A stretch of DNA of 64,000 bases from an uncultured candidatus Porisulfidus sp. (GTDB lineage Bacteria; Pseudomonadota; Gammaproteobacteria; Poriferisulfidales; Poriferisulfidaceae): contig OZ220480.1 of the NCBI GenBank assembly GCA_965116025.1, forward strand, positions 960,001 to 1,024,000, in the 5' to 3' direction. Each line of letters begins with the position of its first letter. Position 1 is the first letter of the stretch. Shown here piece by piece: positions 62,722-64,000 of this stretch. Under the pieces are notes generated by a model that worked only from the letters and a program-made list of their open reading frames with translations, was not told the origin of the DNA and did not search any database. The position numbers and the translations under genes were made by a program.

Positions 62722-62919
62722 TCAGCCCCCTCCGATCGCCCGCACGATCTCGATGGAGTCGCCGTCGCGCAGGGCATGCTCCGCCCAGCGGGAACGCGGC
62801 ACGACCGCGTGGTTGACCTCCAGCGCGACGCGCCCCTCCACGCGCAAGCGCCGCGTCAGCCCCTCGACCGTGATCGCCTCGGGGAGGGCGTGGGCCTTTC
62901 CGTTGACGGTGACGCGCAT
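62722..62919 (-). CDS. thiS: sulfur carrier protein ThiS
   Basis: [16 protein letters not shown]. Confidence 0.92.
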   Translation of the reverse strand: MRVTVNGKAHALPEAITVEGLTRRLRVEGRVALEVNHAVVPRSRWAEHALRDGDSIEIVRAIGGG

Positions 62920-62924
62920 GTCTC

Positions 62925-63320
62925 TCAGGACAATTGCTCCGTCAGTTCCGGGAGGCTGAACGTACCGTACACGGTTTTTAATTTTCCGTCCTCGACCACG
63001 ATGTAGTCGCAACCCCGGATCGTCACGGATTTCCCGGTCGCCGGCGTCTCTCCCAGCGGTCCTTGGTGGGTGCCGAACAGCAGCCACGGAACGGCGATCT
63101 GCCCGATGCTGGTTTCCGCCTGAGAAATCAGTTCCAGCCTCAGGTCGGGAAACGCGGCGAACAGTCCCTCGGCGTAGTCGCCGATCGCCCGCCCCGAAAG
63201 CGGGATCTCGGTGGCGGGGTCTTGGTACGTTCCGTCTTCCGCGTACAGGTCGATCACGGCTTGGGAATCGTGAGCGTCCCACGCCGCGAAATACGCCTCG
63301 ATCACTTCTTTTGGATTCAT
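62925..63320 (-). CDS. SnoaL/NTF2-like ester cyclase family protein
   Basis: AFPDL, GTHQG, PATGKSV. Confidence 0.82.
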   Translation of the reverse strand: MNPKEVIEAYFAAWDAHDSQAVIDLYAEDGTYQDPATEIPLSGRAIGDYAEGLFAAFPDLRLELISQAETSIGQIAVPWLLFGTHQGPLGETPATGKSVTIRGCDYIVVEDGKLKTVYGTFSLPELTEQLS

Positions 63321-64000
63321 TTCTCTCCTCTGGTGATGGTGCCCAGAGCCTGGTCCAGGTCGGCGATGATGTCGTCGACGTCCTCGATTCCGATGGACAA
63401 GCGGATGACCTCCGGTCCCGCGCTCGCCGCGGTCTTCTGCTCGTCGCTGAGCTGGCGGTGCGTGGTGGAGGCTGGGTGCACGATCAGCGAGCGCGTGTCG
63501 CCGATGTTGGCGAGGTGCGAGAGCAGTTTCACGCTCTCGACGACCTTCACGCCGCTTTCATAGCCGCCGCGCACTCCAAAAGTGAAGACCGATCCGGCGC
63601 CTTCTGGGCAATAGCGCTGGGCCAGTTCATGGTAGGGGCTGGACGGCAGGCCCGCGTAGGACACCCATTCCACTTTCGGATGCCGCTCCAGCCATCGCGC
63701 GACCTCCAGCGCGTTGTCGCAATGCTGGCGCACGCGCAGCGGCAAGGTCTCGATCCCGGTCAGCGTTAGGTAGGCGTTCATCGGCGACATGGTCGGGCCG
63801 AGGTCGCGCAGGCTTACCGCGATGGAGTAGACCGTGTAGGCGAGTTTCCCGAATTTGTCCACGAACGACATCCCGTGGTAAGCCGGGTTCGGGTCGGTCA
63901 GGTGGGCGTAGCGGTCGCTCGCGGACCAGTCGAAATTTCCGGAATCGATGACCGCGCCCCCGACCGCGTTGCCATGGCCAGACAGAAACTTGGTGGTGGA
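63317..64000 (-). CDS. metY: O-acetylhomoserine sulfhydrylase (5'-truncated by window edge)
   Basis: TTKFLSGHG at the edge, GIETL, HLANIGD, HPASTTH, IRLSIGIE. Confidence 0.9.
   Translation of the reverse strand, partial: STTKFLSGHGNAVGGAVIDSGNFDWSASDRYAHLTDPNPAYHGMSFVDKFGKLAYTVYSIAVSLRDLGPTMSPMNAYLTLTGIETLPLRVRQHCDNALEVARWLERHPKVEWVSYAGLPSSPYHELAQRYCPEGAGSVFTFGVRGGYESGVKVVESVKLLSHLANIGDTRSLIVHPASTTHRQLSDEQKTAASAGPEVIRLSIGIEDVDDIIADLDQALGTITRGEK

Overview
GC-rich chromosome of a probable sulfur-oxidising gammaproteobacterium (dsrS, dsrR, mtoX-SCO-mauG). Housekeeping blocks include trpS-scpAB-rluB, gmk, tatBC, hisBHAFE, tRNA-Arg, dtd, ppk2, trmB, thiSG and metY. Accessory parts: (1) an ~11 kb defence island (2.3-13.3 kb) with a DGQHR/DndB-like gene in frame with a RelA/SpoT small alarmone synthetase, IS630, an orphan AbiEi, a BglII-like RM pair and a dndC-small protein-dndD-dndE/ATPase phosphorothioate operon; (2) a TIR gene split by an IS110/IS1111 element with visible bridge-RNA-like guide segments; (3) two paralogous autotransporters flanking the his operon; (4) a fused RM enzyme. 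The strongest signal is three long poly-G tracts (22, 17 and 20 nt). Each lies just inside a 5' coding region (dndC and both autotransporters) and puts it out of frame, which suggests phase variation, including of DNA phosphorothioation. Homopolymer sequencing error is not excluded. An unannotated promoter-to-terminator unit encoding a 23-aa membrane peptide was also found. All family calls come from motif recognition by eye; no searches were run.
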